A stretch of 64,000 nucleotides of DNA from Lama glama. Its lineage: Eukaryota. A program made the translations under genes and the position numbers. Where the stretch lies: contig CM052817.1 of NCBI GenBank assembly GCA_028534125.1, forward strand, positions 32,428,001-32,492,000, read 5' to 3'. This document shows, one piece after another, positions 27,233-39,930 of the stretch; position 1 is the stretch's first letter, and the number at the start of each line of letters is the position of its first letter. Below the pieces are notes generated by a model. It ran no database searches. It was given only the letters and a program-made list of their open reading frames with translations, and was not told the DNA's origin.

Positions 27233-27745
27233 CTGTGGGAGGCAGAATAATAATCTCTGAAAGATGTCTACCTCCCAGCCCCTGGGACCTGTGAAGGTGT
27301 TAGGTTATGTGGTGGGTGGGGGCAAGGGGAGTTAAGGTTGCAGATGGAATTAAGGTTGCTAATCAGCTGACTTTAAAATAGGGAGGTTAACCTGGGTTAT
27401 CTGGGTGGGCCCAAGGTAATCACAAGGGTAAAAGTAGAAGAGGGAATCAGAAGACAGAACCAGAGAGATGCTGTGGGAGAAGGACTTGCTTCAAGTTGCT
27501 GGCTTTGAAGATGGAGCAAGGGGGCCACGAGCCCAGGAACACGTGTCTAGAAACTGAGAAAGGCAAGGAAGCTGATTCTCCCCTAAAGTTTTGGAAGGAA
27601 TGCAGTCCTGTTGACACCTTGATCTGAGCCTGGTCAGACCCAATTTGAAATTCTGACCTCTAGGATGCTAAGACAATAAATTCATGATGTTTTAAGCCAC
27701 TAAGGTTGTGATAATTTGTTTCAGCTGCAACAGGAAACTACTACA
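27233..27745 (+). mobile_element. MLT1D-like MaLR LTR
   Basis: tgtgggaggcagaataat...gcagatggaattaaggttgctaatcagctgac...ttttaagccactaaggttgtgataatttgtt. Confidence 0.88.
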
Positions 27746-28432
27746 TCATCCTGGGCTCTATTATTACAACTGGTTTAGAACTGACTTTTTTTTTTTTTTA
27801 TCATTTAGCCTAACCACCTGTACCTACCCCTTTCCTATTAGCATTAACACCTCTAACCGTGGTGCTGGAGCATTGAAAAGAATTTCTTACCGTGCAGTTA
27901 TTTATCCTCTGAGAAAACCCATAGACACATGTCTAGGAGTCTTCAGCTTGAGGTCTAGGGCATGTTCCCCTGCTCAGGGTATGGCCCTTCTTGTGTCTCC
28001 TTAGAACTCAGCCTCTGTTGCTCACCAGGGAAGGTGTGAAACAGCAGCCCATGGGCAGAGAGTTACTCCAACAGTCTTCTCCTCTGGGGGCACCTCCTTC
28101 CCCAACATCTGTCTGCATTCTGTTGGGCAGGAACCACTCAAGAAGGATCCGGCCCCTCCTTTATGCCAGCTCAAGGGAGAGCCAAATGTGGCTCTGTCAG
28201 CAAGTGGGTGATCAAAGAGCTCCCACCCCTAGCCCTGCCAAGCTTCAGAGAACAGAGGCCACATGGAGGACCTCTCTCTCTCGTACAAGTGTTCTGCTGA
28301 CTGTCTCCAGACATACACGCTTTTACCATGGCCTCTCAGAATTTCAGAGAGACCTTGACCATTTCCATAGTTTGGGGTTCATTTAAAAAAATGGACATAT
28401 CAAAACAGATTTTTAAAACTGGTAGTATATTT

Positions 28433-28600
28433 AGGGGGAGGGTATAACTCAGTGGCAGAGCTCTTGCTTAGCATGAACGAGGTCCTGGGTTCAGTCCCCA
28501 ATACCTCCATTAAAATAAATAAAATAAAAACTTAATTACCTCCCTCCTACCCACCCCCCCAAAAAGACTGGTTAATAAATTAAAAAAAATAAATAGATAT
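28433..28600 (+). mobile_element. Camelid-type tRNA-derived SINE
   Basis: gggggagggtataactcagtggcagag...gggttcagtccccaatacctcc. Confidence 0.9.
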
Positions 28601-28889
28601 AATTAAATTCAGAATATTTTTTAAAGATAGTCTATTTTAAATGTTACATTTAATATATTAACCCTTTTAACTCATGAAGCAACAGTGCAGCGCAATGATG
28701 TTATTCACAAGAAACTCAGAATTAATAAAAACGAATTCACAGTATACCAGAGACTCCATAGAATGCTGATGGGGTATATGTTAAACTGATGTAACGAACA
28801 TCTCCTTTGAATCTTCCCGTTCATCTTGGTGACTGTACGAATCCCACGCTTTGGAGATAAAGTTAAGAGTATCCATCTGAGTAGACCTA

Positions 28890-29170
28890 TTGCCCCACGC
28901 CCTCTCTGCATCTGCCCTGCCATCCACCTCTCCTCACTGCCTGAAATGGTATCAAGCACTCCTGTCTCCACTGGGAATGACATCAAGTAATTTAGTGACG
29001 ACCTTTCATGATGAGATGTTGTGGGCTGTGAGAAGCACCGCACTCCCAGGAAAAAGGGGCTGTAGACCTGTGATGGATATACAATCTGCATGTATGCAGA
29101 CTCCAAACATATTTCTCCAGCTGGTCATTAATTTCAGGAAACAGCTTGTACTAGGAACCTGGGCCTGGAA
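28890..29170 (+). pseudogene. Exon remnant: module B, RGS domain 1
   Basis: LPHALSASALPSTSPHCLKWYQALL, then after frameshifts LHW/NDIK*F and GL*TCDGY. Recalled RGSL1: HLALCADACAGNPFRDHLK..LWQDLQHF..GDRICELY. Confidence 0.55.
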
Positions 29171-29307
29171 AAACATAACTCTCAGGCAGAATTTATGAAG
29201 TTTTTAAGGTTAGTTTTTATTCCTGCAGAGAGGCTAATCACTGGAGAACTCTCCAGTACCAAGGAGGAAGACCGTTCATCCCATCTCTCTATGTCCCATT
29301 GTTTCAG

Positions 29308-29380
29308 GAAAAGCTAAGCTCAAGGAGGTGGGTGGCATCTTTTGGCTCCAATGACCCGAGAGAAGCGAAGAACTCGTAAC
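29308..29380 (+). pseudogene. Exon remnant: module B, end of RGS domain 1
   Basis: tgtcccattgtttcAG acceptor; reads EKLSSRRWVASFGSND vs recalled KMLSPWYDEFLDEED. Confidence 0.4.
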
Positions 29381-30325
29381 AGAGCTTCGGTTTCTTTTTA
29401 AGGCTAACATATAGCCTTAAATGTATAGAAGTCATTGGTGCATCCCTAAATGGACTAACATGACATGGCGTAGTTTCTCCCCTGGCCCCCACCACCTTGC
29501 AGTGGCCCGTCACTGAATATTTTTATTGATGTGGGCAAATGAGTAGTAATGCCAGAAAATGATCTGTCTCAGGGTTGGCCACACTAACTGGGCTGAAATG
29601 TTTGTGATTTTATTTTCCAATTGCATAAACTATAGGAAACCACTTTTACATTGCAGAGTTACTGCTGCAGGAGAGAATCGAACAGCTATTTTTTTATTCT
29701 TAATAGAGAGGAAGTTATGCTAAATGAAACCCAAATTCCAAGTATGATGAACCTATGGCAATGGTCTAAAGTGAATTTCCTCCCTCCCCCCCTTCCTTCT
29801 TTCTTTCCTTCCTTTTTCTTTCATTAGTGGTTAAGGCTCAGGTCATGTTGATGGTCCAGCCCTCCCTGAGTCACTTGTGATAACCATACCGTAAAGTGTG
29901 AAGTATGAACGAGCAGGCAGGGAGTACTTCAGAATCACCAAGGGGAGATTTAAACACACTGAGTCCTGGTTTCCACCTCCAGGGATTCTGACATAATTCG
30001 TCCAGGGAGTGGCTTGGGTACTAGGACTTAAAAAAGCCCCATAAGTGGTCTCAATGTAAAATCAAGATTGAGAGCCACCAATTTAAGTAAAATGAATGTC
30101 AATTTAGTCAAACAGTTTATTTGATTTTCCTGTTGACAGAACTGAATAAGGAAAATGATTGTGTTGCATGTTTTGAATAGACATGGCCTAAAAGTGATGT
30201 AGTTGACTATTAATGGATTGGTTTATTACAGCAGAATTTTACAAACTTAGAAAGAGGCAGAAAGGCAGGAGACTCCATGGGTTTGAAATAATACAGTATC
30301 AGTCACATTTTTTTTCATGTTCTAG

Positions 30326-30587
30326 CCTTCTGTCTGCCAGTGTGCTTCACACTTGCTAAAGTAACAGTATAGGCAGAGTTTCACTGCAGGCTGATGAAAT
30401 TTCTGGACAATGAGGTCTGGCTGTGCAGCACGAATTCAACATAATCCTCACACGACCACTGGCCGACTCTAGCCCACTGCGGAGTGTGAAGTCAATTCCT
30501 TGGAGGGCTGCCAGCAAATATTTTTGGCGCGATTCCTGGATCAGCAACAGGATTCTGTCTCTGACATCTGGAACACCCATCTGAAAG
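30326..30587 (+). pseudogene. Exon remnant: module B linker
   Basis: ttttttttcatgttctAG acceptor; reads EFNIILTRPLADSSPLRSVKSIPWRAAS vs recalled SLELSQALADMKEMDYRQWRKIAT. Ends at AAG|gcaagc (degenerate or GC donor). Confidence 0.58.
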
Positions 30588-30917
30588 GCAAGCAAATAGT
30601 TTTGAAATGAAGTTAGGTCTCTTGATCAATTAGAGACGTGTGTTTGACAGAAACCGTGCAATTCATGAGGCGACCAGCTAGTTTCCAGCAGGTATGAATT
30701 CCTAGAGATTCTGGGTTACTGACCGTGGAGTGATCAGTTTGGAAGCTGGAAGGTTAGGCGGGGTGAGTCCCAGCTGGGGATGGTTTAATTAGGATGAGCG
30801 AGTAGGTGACCAACCACCTGTGAGCAATGACAACAGTGCCTCTGCACGAAGCGGAACCCAGGTCTGGTGCTCTGCCCTTCCTTCCAACCTGGACATGCCA
30901 TCCCATTCATTCCTGTT

Positions 30918-31150
30918 TAATTTTTAATTTTTATTTATTTATTGAAGTATAGCCGATTTACAATGTTGTGTTAGTTTCTGGTGTACAGCATAGTGATTCA
31001 GTTATACATACATATATTGCTTTTCATATTCTTTTTCATTGTAGGTTATTTCAAGATACTGAATATAGTTCCCTGTGCTACACAGTAGGACCTTGTTGTG
31101 TATCTATTTTATATGCAGTAGTTCGTATCTGCTAAGCCCGAACTCCCAGT
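30918..31150 (-). mobile_element. L1 3' end
   Basis: ttattgaagtatagccgatttacaatgttgtgttagtttctggtgtacagc. Confidence 0.85.
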
Positions 31151-31277
31151 TTACCCTGCCCTGCCGTTCCTGTTTTAGAGGGTTATCGTGGTGTTACTGG
31201 TTATTATAGCACCATAGAGTTGTGCCTGTAACCGGGAGGCTTCTCCGTTGCAAATGTGTATGTATGTGCTTTCAGTT

Positions 31278-31507
31278 ACAGCGAGGTCTCTCAGCCTCAG
31301 CACTGTTGACATTTTGGACCAGACTTTTTTGTTGTTGTCAGGAGTTGTCCTATGTGCTGTAGGAAGTTAGCAGCACCCTGGCCTCTACCTACCAGATGCT
31401 GGGAACATTCCTTGTGTTATGACAACCAAAGATGTCTCCAGACATTGTCACATGTTCCCCAGGAGGAGAGGATGGTACAGGAAAACTGCCCAGGTTGAGA
31501 ACCAGTG
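31278..31507. mobile_element. MER20 (hAT-Charlie)
   Basis: tctcagcctcagcactgttgacattttggacc...gtctccagacattg...ggttgagaaccagtg. Confidence 0.85.
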
Positions 31508-31779
31508 AGAGGTTCCCCAGATTTCACAATGTAAGAAAAATCAGATTTCCTACCCGAAGGCAGAATGATGATTATAAACCACCTTGTCTGTGTCATTCAG
31601 TACAAATGAATCTTCCTTATCTTCAGTTGTCCTAAGCACAGCTTTAATTTAGTCATTAAAAAAAATATTATCTTCAAATACTCACTGGCGTGCAGGACAA
31701 TGTTCTATTCTCATAACAGGTACTCAATAATGTTCATTGAATGAATAAAAAAATCTGCTTTTCCCCCACTTCTCTCTGC

Positions 31780-32260
31780 AATGTCTGGGTGGGGCTCCTG
31801 GGAAGTTAACATGTGGTCTGGCCCAAGCCAGTTGGACCTTCTCCTTTCTCTGGACACAACAGGTCCTAAAGTCAGTTTTGTCAAAGTGAATCACAGGACT
31901 CATCGGAAATGTGGGGACAAATGCACTCAGCTCGACTTTTTTTTCCCTGCTGGTTTTGAACCTAGAAGGATGTACTCCCCCCAGAAATTTTGGAAACCAC
32001 CTTGATACTGTAGAAGAGAGTCACTGAAGAGAGATGGAGCAGAGCTGAGAGATGAAAAGGTGAACATCAGAGCCTGGAGCTGTCACTGTGACCCTAGGCC
32101 CAGGGGTATTTCTAGCCACATCCACAGCCCCATGACTCTTCAACTGCTTGAGCCAGTATGTCCCCAGTGGTTTATTTATTTCATTTTTAGTATTTTTTGC
32201 TTAGACTGGTTTGAGTTGGGCCTTCTATCATTTGAGATCAGAAAAGCCCTCATTTAGACA
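31780..32260 (+). mobile_element. Old MaLR/ERVL LTR (MLT1-like)
   Basis: Ends ttgcttagactggtttgagttgggccttctatcatttg. Confidence 0.55.
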
Positions 32261-35200
32261 CTGCTCCATGCAAGAGCTGGCCTGTTGTGTGTGTATCATG
32301 ACCTGATAACACTCAGTGCGAACGCTGGTTTAGGACTGCATGATCTTGGTGTTGATGAGACCTTAGAAGTAATGGTCTGGCCGTCACCTGATGCAGGGGG
32401 CTCTCTACCACTTTCCTTATCAGAGGGACACTGGGCCATTGCATGAATACCCTGGGACGTTCAGAATTTGCCCAAGTCTGCCCATTTTTCTGTAAGTCAG
32501 CTCTGGCTGTTAGAGAATTCCTACTTATATTAAGTCAAACCTGCTTCTAAGAAGCTTCTATCCTAGAATCAAGGTTGGTGGCTAAATAGGATAAGAGATT
32601 TTTTTCTTAAAATAAAAACAAATGCAATGTATTCTCATTGTCAGTTTTTCTCCATCTCAACCATTCTCAAGCGCTTCCAGCCTCTTCTGAAAAGTCATGT
32701 TCCAAATCTCCATAATTGTAAAAAGGAGAGACTTTGGAGTGAAACAGACCTGAGGTTATAACCCATCTTCATAGCTTTTTAGCTGTGACTTTGGAAAAGT
32801 TACTTATAGTTCTCTAGTATTTGTGTTTTCATCAGTCACATGGGGCCCACTAACTCTCTTATGGGGTTGTGGTGAACATTGCAGGGTCTGATGCTAATTA
32901 AGTGTCTTTTAGCTCTTAATTCAGTACATGACACATCCATGTGCAGTGGTCCATAAATCACCATTATCTTTCTCATCTTATTGCTTTTCTTATGACACAA
33001 GTTTAAGATATTGGTTTAAAATTTGGCCTCCAGAATTCAACACAGTATTCCAGATGGGATCTGACCATCCTAATATTTTGACATCTCTGCTTGGTTTATT
33101 TAAGACTTCTTCTCATGTGCTTTAGTCATCCAAATTGGTATGGGTGGCCCTAACAGTCACATTGTCAGGGTCATAGAAAGTGCAGGTTACATGCAGTGGC
33201 TTTTCTTGCCATGCTGTCAGTAGAAACCCACATACTCAGAAATGTGATCTTTGCCCAGAGACCATCAACACAGAGGTCCAGCTTCTCAGCTCCCGGCTGC
33301 CCTAAATCAAAGTTGCATCTAAGTGCAGGTCAAGGGGCCTGTTTTCCTTTCCACAGTGTAGCTCGCTGGCCAGAGAGAAGAGGATGCTGATGTTTCCATT
33401 GGCAGGTTGTAACTCCCAGACTGAAGCAAACCCGATCGTATGATAAAGGGACGTCCAGGAAAATAAGCACAGGACAGGGCTCTGGGGCCACATGGGGACT
33501 GTCAAGGCTTAAAGTAAACTCTTTATTGTCCAGCCAATGTTTGTAGTGCGTGAAAGGAGTTGTTTAAAGTCTGCACTGATTGGGTGCACTTTGTTCTATG
33601 AGAAAAACTTTCCTGACTGTTCATAGATAGCACATGTATACCTTCCACAGTCAACAACAAAATTTAGTACCTACCAGATGCCAGACACTCTTATCACAGT
33701 CATAGTAGAAGAAGAAATAATAAGAGCTGCCCCTTCTTGGGTGCCTGCTACTCTAGGTTCATATTATTCTCCCCATTTTACAGATTAGGCAATGAGGCTT
33801 AGAGAAGTTACATCGCTCACCCGAGGTCACGTAGCTTAAGAAGCAGGATCAGGATTCAAATTTGAGTTATCGGGGAAAAAATGAATTATCTGAATCTAGA
33901 GCTCTCCAGTTACCCCCTACATTTGCCACAGTAGTTTTGTGACGTGATGTGATGATAGAGGGGTTAGCTAACGCTATGGTGGTGATCACTTTGCAGTGTA
34001 CAGGTGTATGAAATCAACACATTCTACATCTTAAACTTACACAATGTTGTTAAGTCAATTATATCTCAATAAAGCCGGGGGGAAAATGTCACCTGGACAG
34101 ACAAAGGACCGCCAGTAGCAATTCCTCCTTCCAGACTCAGCCCAAGACTAAGCTCTCTCTCTTATGCCCCCGGCTCCGGGAATTTCTCAAAATTCTGTTT
34201 TCTAACCCAACCTCCCTAACTACACCTTACTCATTCCCCATTGAGCGCTTTCTCTTTGGGTGCCAGCCTTGCTCTCTGCCCACTCCCACTGGTTTCCTTA
34301 TTTCCGTCTTCCCTTGCTCTTTGCTCCTCTCCCATGTCCGACTGGAACATCAGTTCCCTTTTGTTCTGCCAGTCCTTCTTTCTCTTCCTATGCCTTGACC
34401 GACTCCTACAAACATGCAGGTACTGTCCGAGGCCAGCCCCATCTCTTGCAGCTCCAGGCAGGAAAAGCCTTAGTCCAGGGGTGAAGTCACCCAGCACAGA
34501 TTCACAGGTCTCCAGAGGCTTTGAGTCATGATGCAGCGTCTGATCATCAGGCTTTATTATTTTCACATCCCGAGAAGTGGGGCGAGTAGGGCTCGAGACT
34601 GAGAGACGTGAGTGTAAGGGTAACAGGAAAGAAAAGAGAAGGGAGGTGGGGAAGATGGGAAGGAGGGAAAAAAGGAGACACGGGGACGAGAGAAGTTGAG
34701 GCTCATTCAGGTGACCTCGGTGGCATGTTAAAACAATGTGATGGTATAGGTGAATAATTAACAATTTGTTACAGTAGGAATACGAGAACAGGTCTGCAGG
34801 TGCTGCTGGGTTCTTTGCTGCAGAGGGAATATTGAAATCTCAGTTACAGTGAGCAGAAGAAAAACAGCATGTGAAGAGAAAGTCCCAATTTGTAACAAAG
34901 CATGGGTTTTTCCAGCTCTCCAGCTTAAATTTCTCTCCAGGGGAACTCCAATCCCCTCCCCACTCCAAAAAACTTGTAATAATAATACAGTGCTTGGAAG
35001 ATATATTTGAATTTCCTGTCAATTAAAGCATTTCTTAGTCCAAGGTGTTAAGAGCTGAAGCCAAAGAGAGCTACATTTTCTTGCTGAGCTTTTGGTGGCG
35101 GTGGTAAATGACATTCTATTCACCTTCAGCTGCAGTTGACCGAATCGAGTGTCTCTTGAGCAATCTCCCTGGCATGACTGATGCAGGATGAAGGATATAG

Positions 35201-36151
35201 GAGACCAACTTCCCCAAGGGAAATTTGGAAAACAAGTCTAGATTCTGTCCCTGTTACACAATAGGGAAAAAACAACACAGGTCACTATAGAATTAAATGA
35301 GATAGTACCTACTCTTTTGTGTTCCAAGTGCAAACTTCATTCATTTCCTCAGGCATGCATTCTCTGACCTTTAAGGGTAGAGCAAGCCACTTGTTTTCAT
35401 GGTACCTCATAGCTTTCCTTTTTAGCACTGATCATAGTTTGTAGTCATGTCTATTTATATATTATATTATAGATGTGTATTATAGTTACATGTTTGTTTA
35501 TGCGGTTTCTGAAAACTTCGTTTCTCTCTGGCTTACCAGACTATAAACTCCATAGCAAGACTGAATCTGTTCTGCTCAACCATTGACTCTCCCAGCAACT
35601 GACACAAATGCCAGGGACTCAATAAAGCTTTTAGAATGAAAGACAAATGAACATGTTAAGAGTCTGGAAAAAGGAAAGAGTGGACTGAGCTGCTGAGGAA
35701 GATTCTACGGCTAAAATGGAATTTGACTAGACGTCCCTTATGAGGAATTATGAAAGAAATTACTTTCAGGGCTTAATACCATGAAAGTCTGGTTTCCACT
35801 GAAAAAGTGTTCTGTTTCTATGTTTATGGACTCTGTGAATTTTATACATCAGGATGTTTTTCTCTTTGCTTCGGCTTCTATGGAGCTTAGGACCCGTTTT
35901 TCTTTTAACTGTTTCTGGCAGTGGTACATTATATGTTAACTAATCTTGCCTTCAAATATTTTCCTACCCTCAATTTTCTCTTACTGTTGTCTACATTTAT
36001 TTATATTTTAATAATGTAAATTATCCCCCTTTAAAATGAGATTTTGTGTAAATTAATGCTTAAATAGTTATTATTGATACCCAAATTAATGTATGGCAGT
36101 CTTTATATAGTATAGATGCTTTAAAATGGGTTTTGGCATTCTTATCTAATC

Positions 36152-36650
36152 TTTTTTTTTTTTTAACATTTTTTTTATTGAGTTATAGTCATTATACAAT
36201 GTTGTGTCAAATTCCAGTATAGAGCACAATTTTTCAGTTATACATGAACATACATACATTCATTGTCACATTCTCTTTCGCTGTGAGCCACCACAAGATC
36301 TTGTATGTATTTCCCTGTGCTACACAGTACAATCTTGTTTATCTATTCTACATTTTGAAATCCCAGTCTGTCCCTTCCCATCCCCGTCCCCCTGGCAACC
36401 ACAAGTTTGTATTCTATGTCTATGAGTCTGTTTTGTATTTATTTATTTATTTATTTATTTGTTTATTTATTTATTTATTTTTTAGATTCCACATATGAGC
36501 GATCTCATATGGTATTTTTCTTTCTCTTTCTGGCTTACTTCACTTAGAATGACATTCTCCAGGAGCATCCATGTTGCTGCAAATGGCGTTATGTTGTCAG
36601 TTTTTATGGCTGAATAGTATTCCATTGTATACCACTTCTTCTTTATCCAG
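36152..36650 (-). mobile_element. Young lineage-specific L1 3' end with internal (TTTA)n
   Basis: Paralog of 6922-7478. Confidence 0.9.
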
Positions 36651-37670
36651 TTGTCTTATTGAAGGTGCCCTCCAGGAATGATTTAACATAGATACCTAGT
36701 TGGCCGTATCTGACTGTTGGAGCTAAGATTCCAGCTAGAAGCAGCACTTTGTATGACACACTCTCTACCACATTTCTCTGAATCCTGAGACATTATCATA
36801 TGGAATCTCTAAAACCTGCAAAAATTTTGGCCAAGAGAATTTGACTTTGACTACCTTCTGCTTCCTTTGTGTTTTGATCTCATGCCACCAACTCATCTGC
36901 TGCCAACGGCTCTGTCATGTGTCATGTTCCATCCAGCTGAGGGAGCCATATTGATACTATGTCTCAGTTACAATGAAATAAAATGGTTGCTATAGTCCAT
37001 CAAGGGACAATTTTAAAGGAATTAATGTCCAACCATTCTCTGTCACCTCCCTTTGGGTTCAAAATTAAAACAATATTTTAAAAGCTTATGTTCACCCCAA
37101 CCAAATAATCACAATCTGCTTCCATGAGATGGGTCTATAATTGAGTTAGTTTGAAGAAATACAGTAAAATGCAGTCTTTAGTATTGTTTTTGTATTTTGC
37201 TATATTAAGGCATTCCAGATGGTGGCTGAATCACATATATTTGAAATTTTTCATTTATTTTCTTCAGTTTAGTAGTTAGATTGCAAAGCTTTGGGAGTAT
37301 ACTGTATTTTTGTCAATTTTTAGCACTTCATCCAGTAATAGTTTATGAAACCACTCCTAGTAATTCTATTTTGGTTAAAAGATTCAGCAAATATTAATGT
37401 GTTCCTAAGGAAGATGTTAATGATCATTTAAGCAATTACTTTGAAAATTAATTGGGGAAAAATTATGTCAAGGACAGGCATATTGCTAAAGATTCATGAC
37501 CACAGCCAAATTTAGTTTGTTTAAAGGTAAATAAGAATTTGGACAGGCCTTCTGTATATGAAATAGTGTGCATCAGTGTGGTAATAATGGAAGCATTACT
37601 TATAATCCTCAATGTCTTTAAGTTAAAAAAATGTAAATATATATTCAAACGTAGTAGAATCATAGTGTAG

Positions 37671-37960
37671 CCTAATGTTACATTTCTCATGGGGTCTTTG
37701 GGACATTCAGCAGGACATTTGGGTCCTATTTGCATGAGGAACCCTTAGGCATCCTGGAAAAATACTGAAGAGATGGCATTGGAAATTTGGAATTATCGCT
37801 CTCAAACAGTGAGGAAGAGTCTTGGAGGCTTAAGGAGTCCAGGAGTATAAGAGAGCCATGCATAGGCTCTTTTTGAGGATGGTACCTGGTCTGTGGAGAA
37901 AAGGACATAGTGGGGCCATAAAATAGCCCCTGGCCAAGTTCTCTAAGAACATCTCTCAAG
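37671..37960 (+). pseudogene. Exon remnant: module B, RGS domain 2 (N-half)
   Basis: SRTFGSYLHEEP, then after frameshifts WKNTEEM, VQEYKRAM and LAKFSKNISQ. Strong donor AAG|gtgaga at 37960/61; 5' end uncertain. Confidence 0.52.
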
Positions 37961-39110
37961 GTGAGAGTCTGTAAAAACTGAGCTTATTAACATTTTGAGA
38001 GCCAGTGGTAACACTCACTAGTTGTGGGTTCATGAGCAGATCAGCTTATAGCTGCAGCCTAATCCTTCACACAGAGATCACTTACTTACCCCAGTGTCAC
38101 TTCCTGTGACTTCCCTGTTTAAACCTCCCAAACAAGCCATCTTCTCACCATTCGCAGAATGTTTCTTGTCTTATTCTGCCTACAGAATGGCACACAGAAA
38201 CTCAGAAGTGAAGACTCAGCAACATGGTAAAGGTTGCTGATGGTGACAGGCAACCTTGACTGAGAGGCAGTGTCTTGGTATTATCGGCACGCACCTGTCA
38301 GTAAGTGCCCAGACTCTGCAACCAGACGGCTGTGGTTTTGAGCTGTGGTTCTAGTGGACACTAGCTTGATAACCTCTGGTAAGCTAGTTACCTCTCAGTG
38401 TCCTCTTTTCTAAAACTGGGGCAGTAATAGCACCTACCCTGGAGAGCTGCCTGTATTTGTAAAGCACTTAAAACAGTTCCTGGTTCACAGGTTACACTAT
38501 ACACTTGTGCTTTCAATTTGAGCAGGTAACGCATGCTCTTGGCTGTATGAAGCAGTAATCTACTGGCTAGATTGACAGTGACTTGAGGACAGAAGAGACA
38601 AGAAGGTAGGAGAGCAAGCCAGCCCCGGGAAATCTCCAAAAATGACATATTAGGGCTTATGTTAATTACAGTGGCAGCTTCAGAAAGGAAGAGATCTGCT
38701 GGGCTTCAGGAAAAAAAAAAAAAACAGCACGCAAAACATGATGATAGATGGTTTGGGGGGATGAAGTTGGAAATAAACTATCCTAAGCTTGTAATCTTGA
38801 GGGATTAGAAAGATGATGGTGCTGTTGACAACAACGGAGGAGTTTGGAAAGAGATGCCTGTTTCTGCAGGGAAGACGGGAAGCTTAAGCCACATCAATAT
38901 AGAAGAAACAAATGGACCATGAGAGTTAAGCTTACTATGGCCTGTTCCTTTGACAGATGGGCTGCAGCTGAGTCAACTGTGATGCTTCGTTAGGATGTCT
39001 GAGGGGTCTGCAATGTCCTGTGCCACGGTCTGGTGGTTTTGCCACCTATAAACACACTCTCCGTTCCGTGCTTAGGTTATATTTGTTTCTGGGGTCCTGC
39101 CTCATCCCAG

Positions 39111-39241
39111 AGGCATGTCATGTGATCATGTGTGAATCCTGGAGAATAGAAAGACATGTTGAGCTATACGTATCTCTCCAAAGTTTAAATCAATATGTGC
39201 TTATATCAGAAAACAGAACTTGGCTGAAAGACAAGATGACG
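39111..39241 (+). pseudogene. Exon remnant: module B, RGS domain 2 (C-half)
   Basis: ctcatcccAG acceptor, in phase with the previous exon (CAA G|AG). Open frame EACHVIMCESWRIERHVELYVSLQSLNQYVLISENRTWLKD vs recalled RGSL1 EEMLQCDAPIIKEIASMRHVTTSTLLTLQGHVMKSIEEKWFKD. Confidence 0.62.
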
Positions 39242-39419
39242 GTTTCATTTTTATTTGTATCTCCTTAACGCTATGAGAGGTGTTTTTAGCTAACACTTAC
39301 ACAGTGATTGTTCTAAGCTCTTTACACATGTTAACTCATTTAATCATCACAATCACTCTGAGGTAGGTAACGCGATCGTCCTCGTATCAGGGAAGAAGAA
39401 ATTAAGGTGCAGTGAAGGC

Positions 39420-39930
39420 TGGCACCCTAAGGTTGGATTTAGCAGAATTCTGAGATGAAGGTTTATGGGCAAACTATTTATTAAGGAAGGGCTTGCTCCT
39501 GAGGGGACCAAAAGGGAGTAGGGGAGCAGAAAGGAGAAGAGGAGGAAGCCAAACACGGGTCCAAAGGGGTCAAAGTCCCCACAGAAGGAAGCATCACCCT
39601 GATCCAGCAGGGGAGCTCTGGGGTGGATGTTCTAGCTCCAAGTCACCCCAGTCCAAGGCACAGGAGCCAGACTTTCATACTCCCATGCCAGAAAGCCAGC
39701 AGCAAAGGGCTGCCTGCCCTGGGGGGATGTACTGCTGGCTCTCTGCTCCTGTCAGCAAAGTGGCTCCAGTCGGTCTGAGGCAGTCCCGCAGAGAAGAGCC
39801 ACAGACACTGCCTGCTGGATGTCAAAGTACAGCAAAGGTGGGAAATTGGAGTGTGGGGTACAGAGGGTGGGAGGCTCAGGGAGCACTGGGAGGGGAGGGC
39901 ATCTGGTGGAGGGTGACCCTTTTGGCCTTA
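39420..39930 (-). mobile_element. ERVL LTR16-like element nested in a MIR
   Basis: attctgagatgaaggtttatgggcaaactatttattaaggaag...; explains the 196-aa ORF at 39493. Confidence 0.55.

Noticed and set aside
34231..34764. Overlapping 177-aa and 96-aa ORFs
   Set aside because: Caused by purine/pyrimidine-skewed low-complexity sequence; no recognisable domain.
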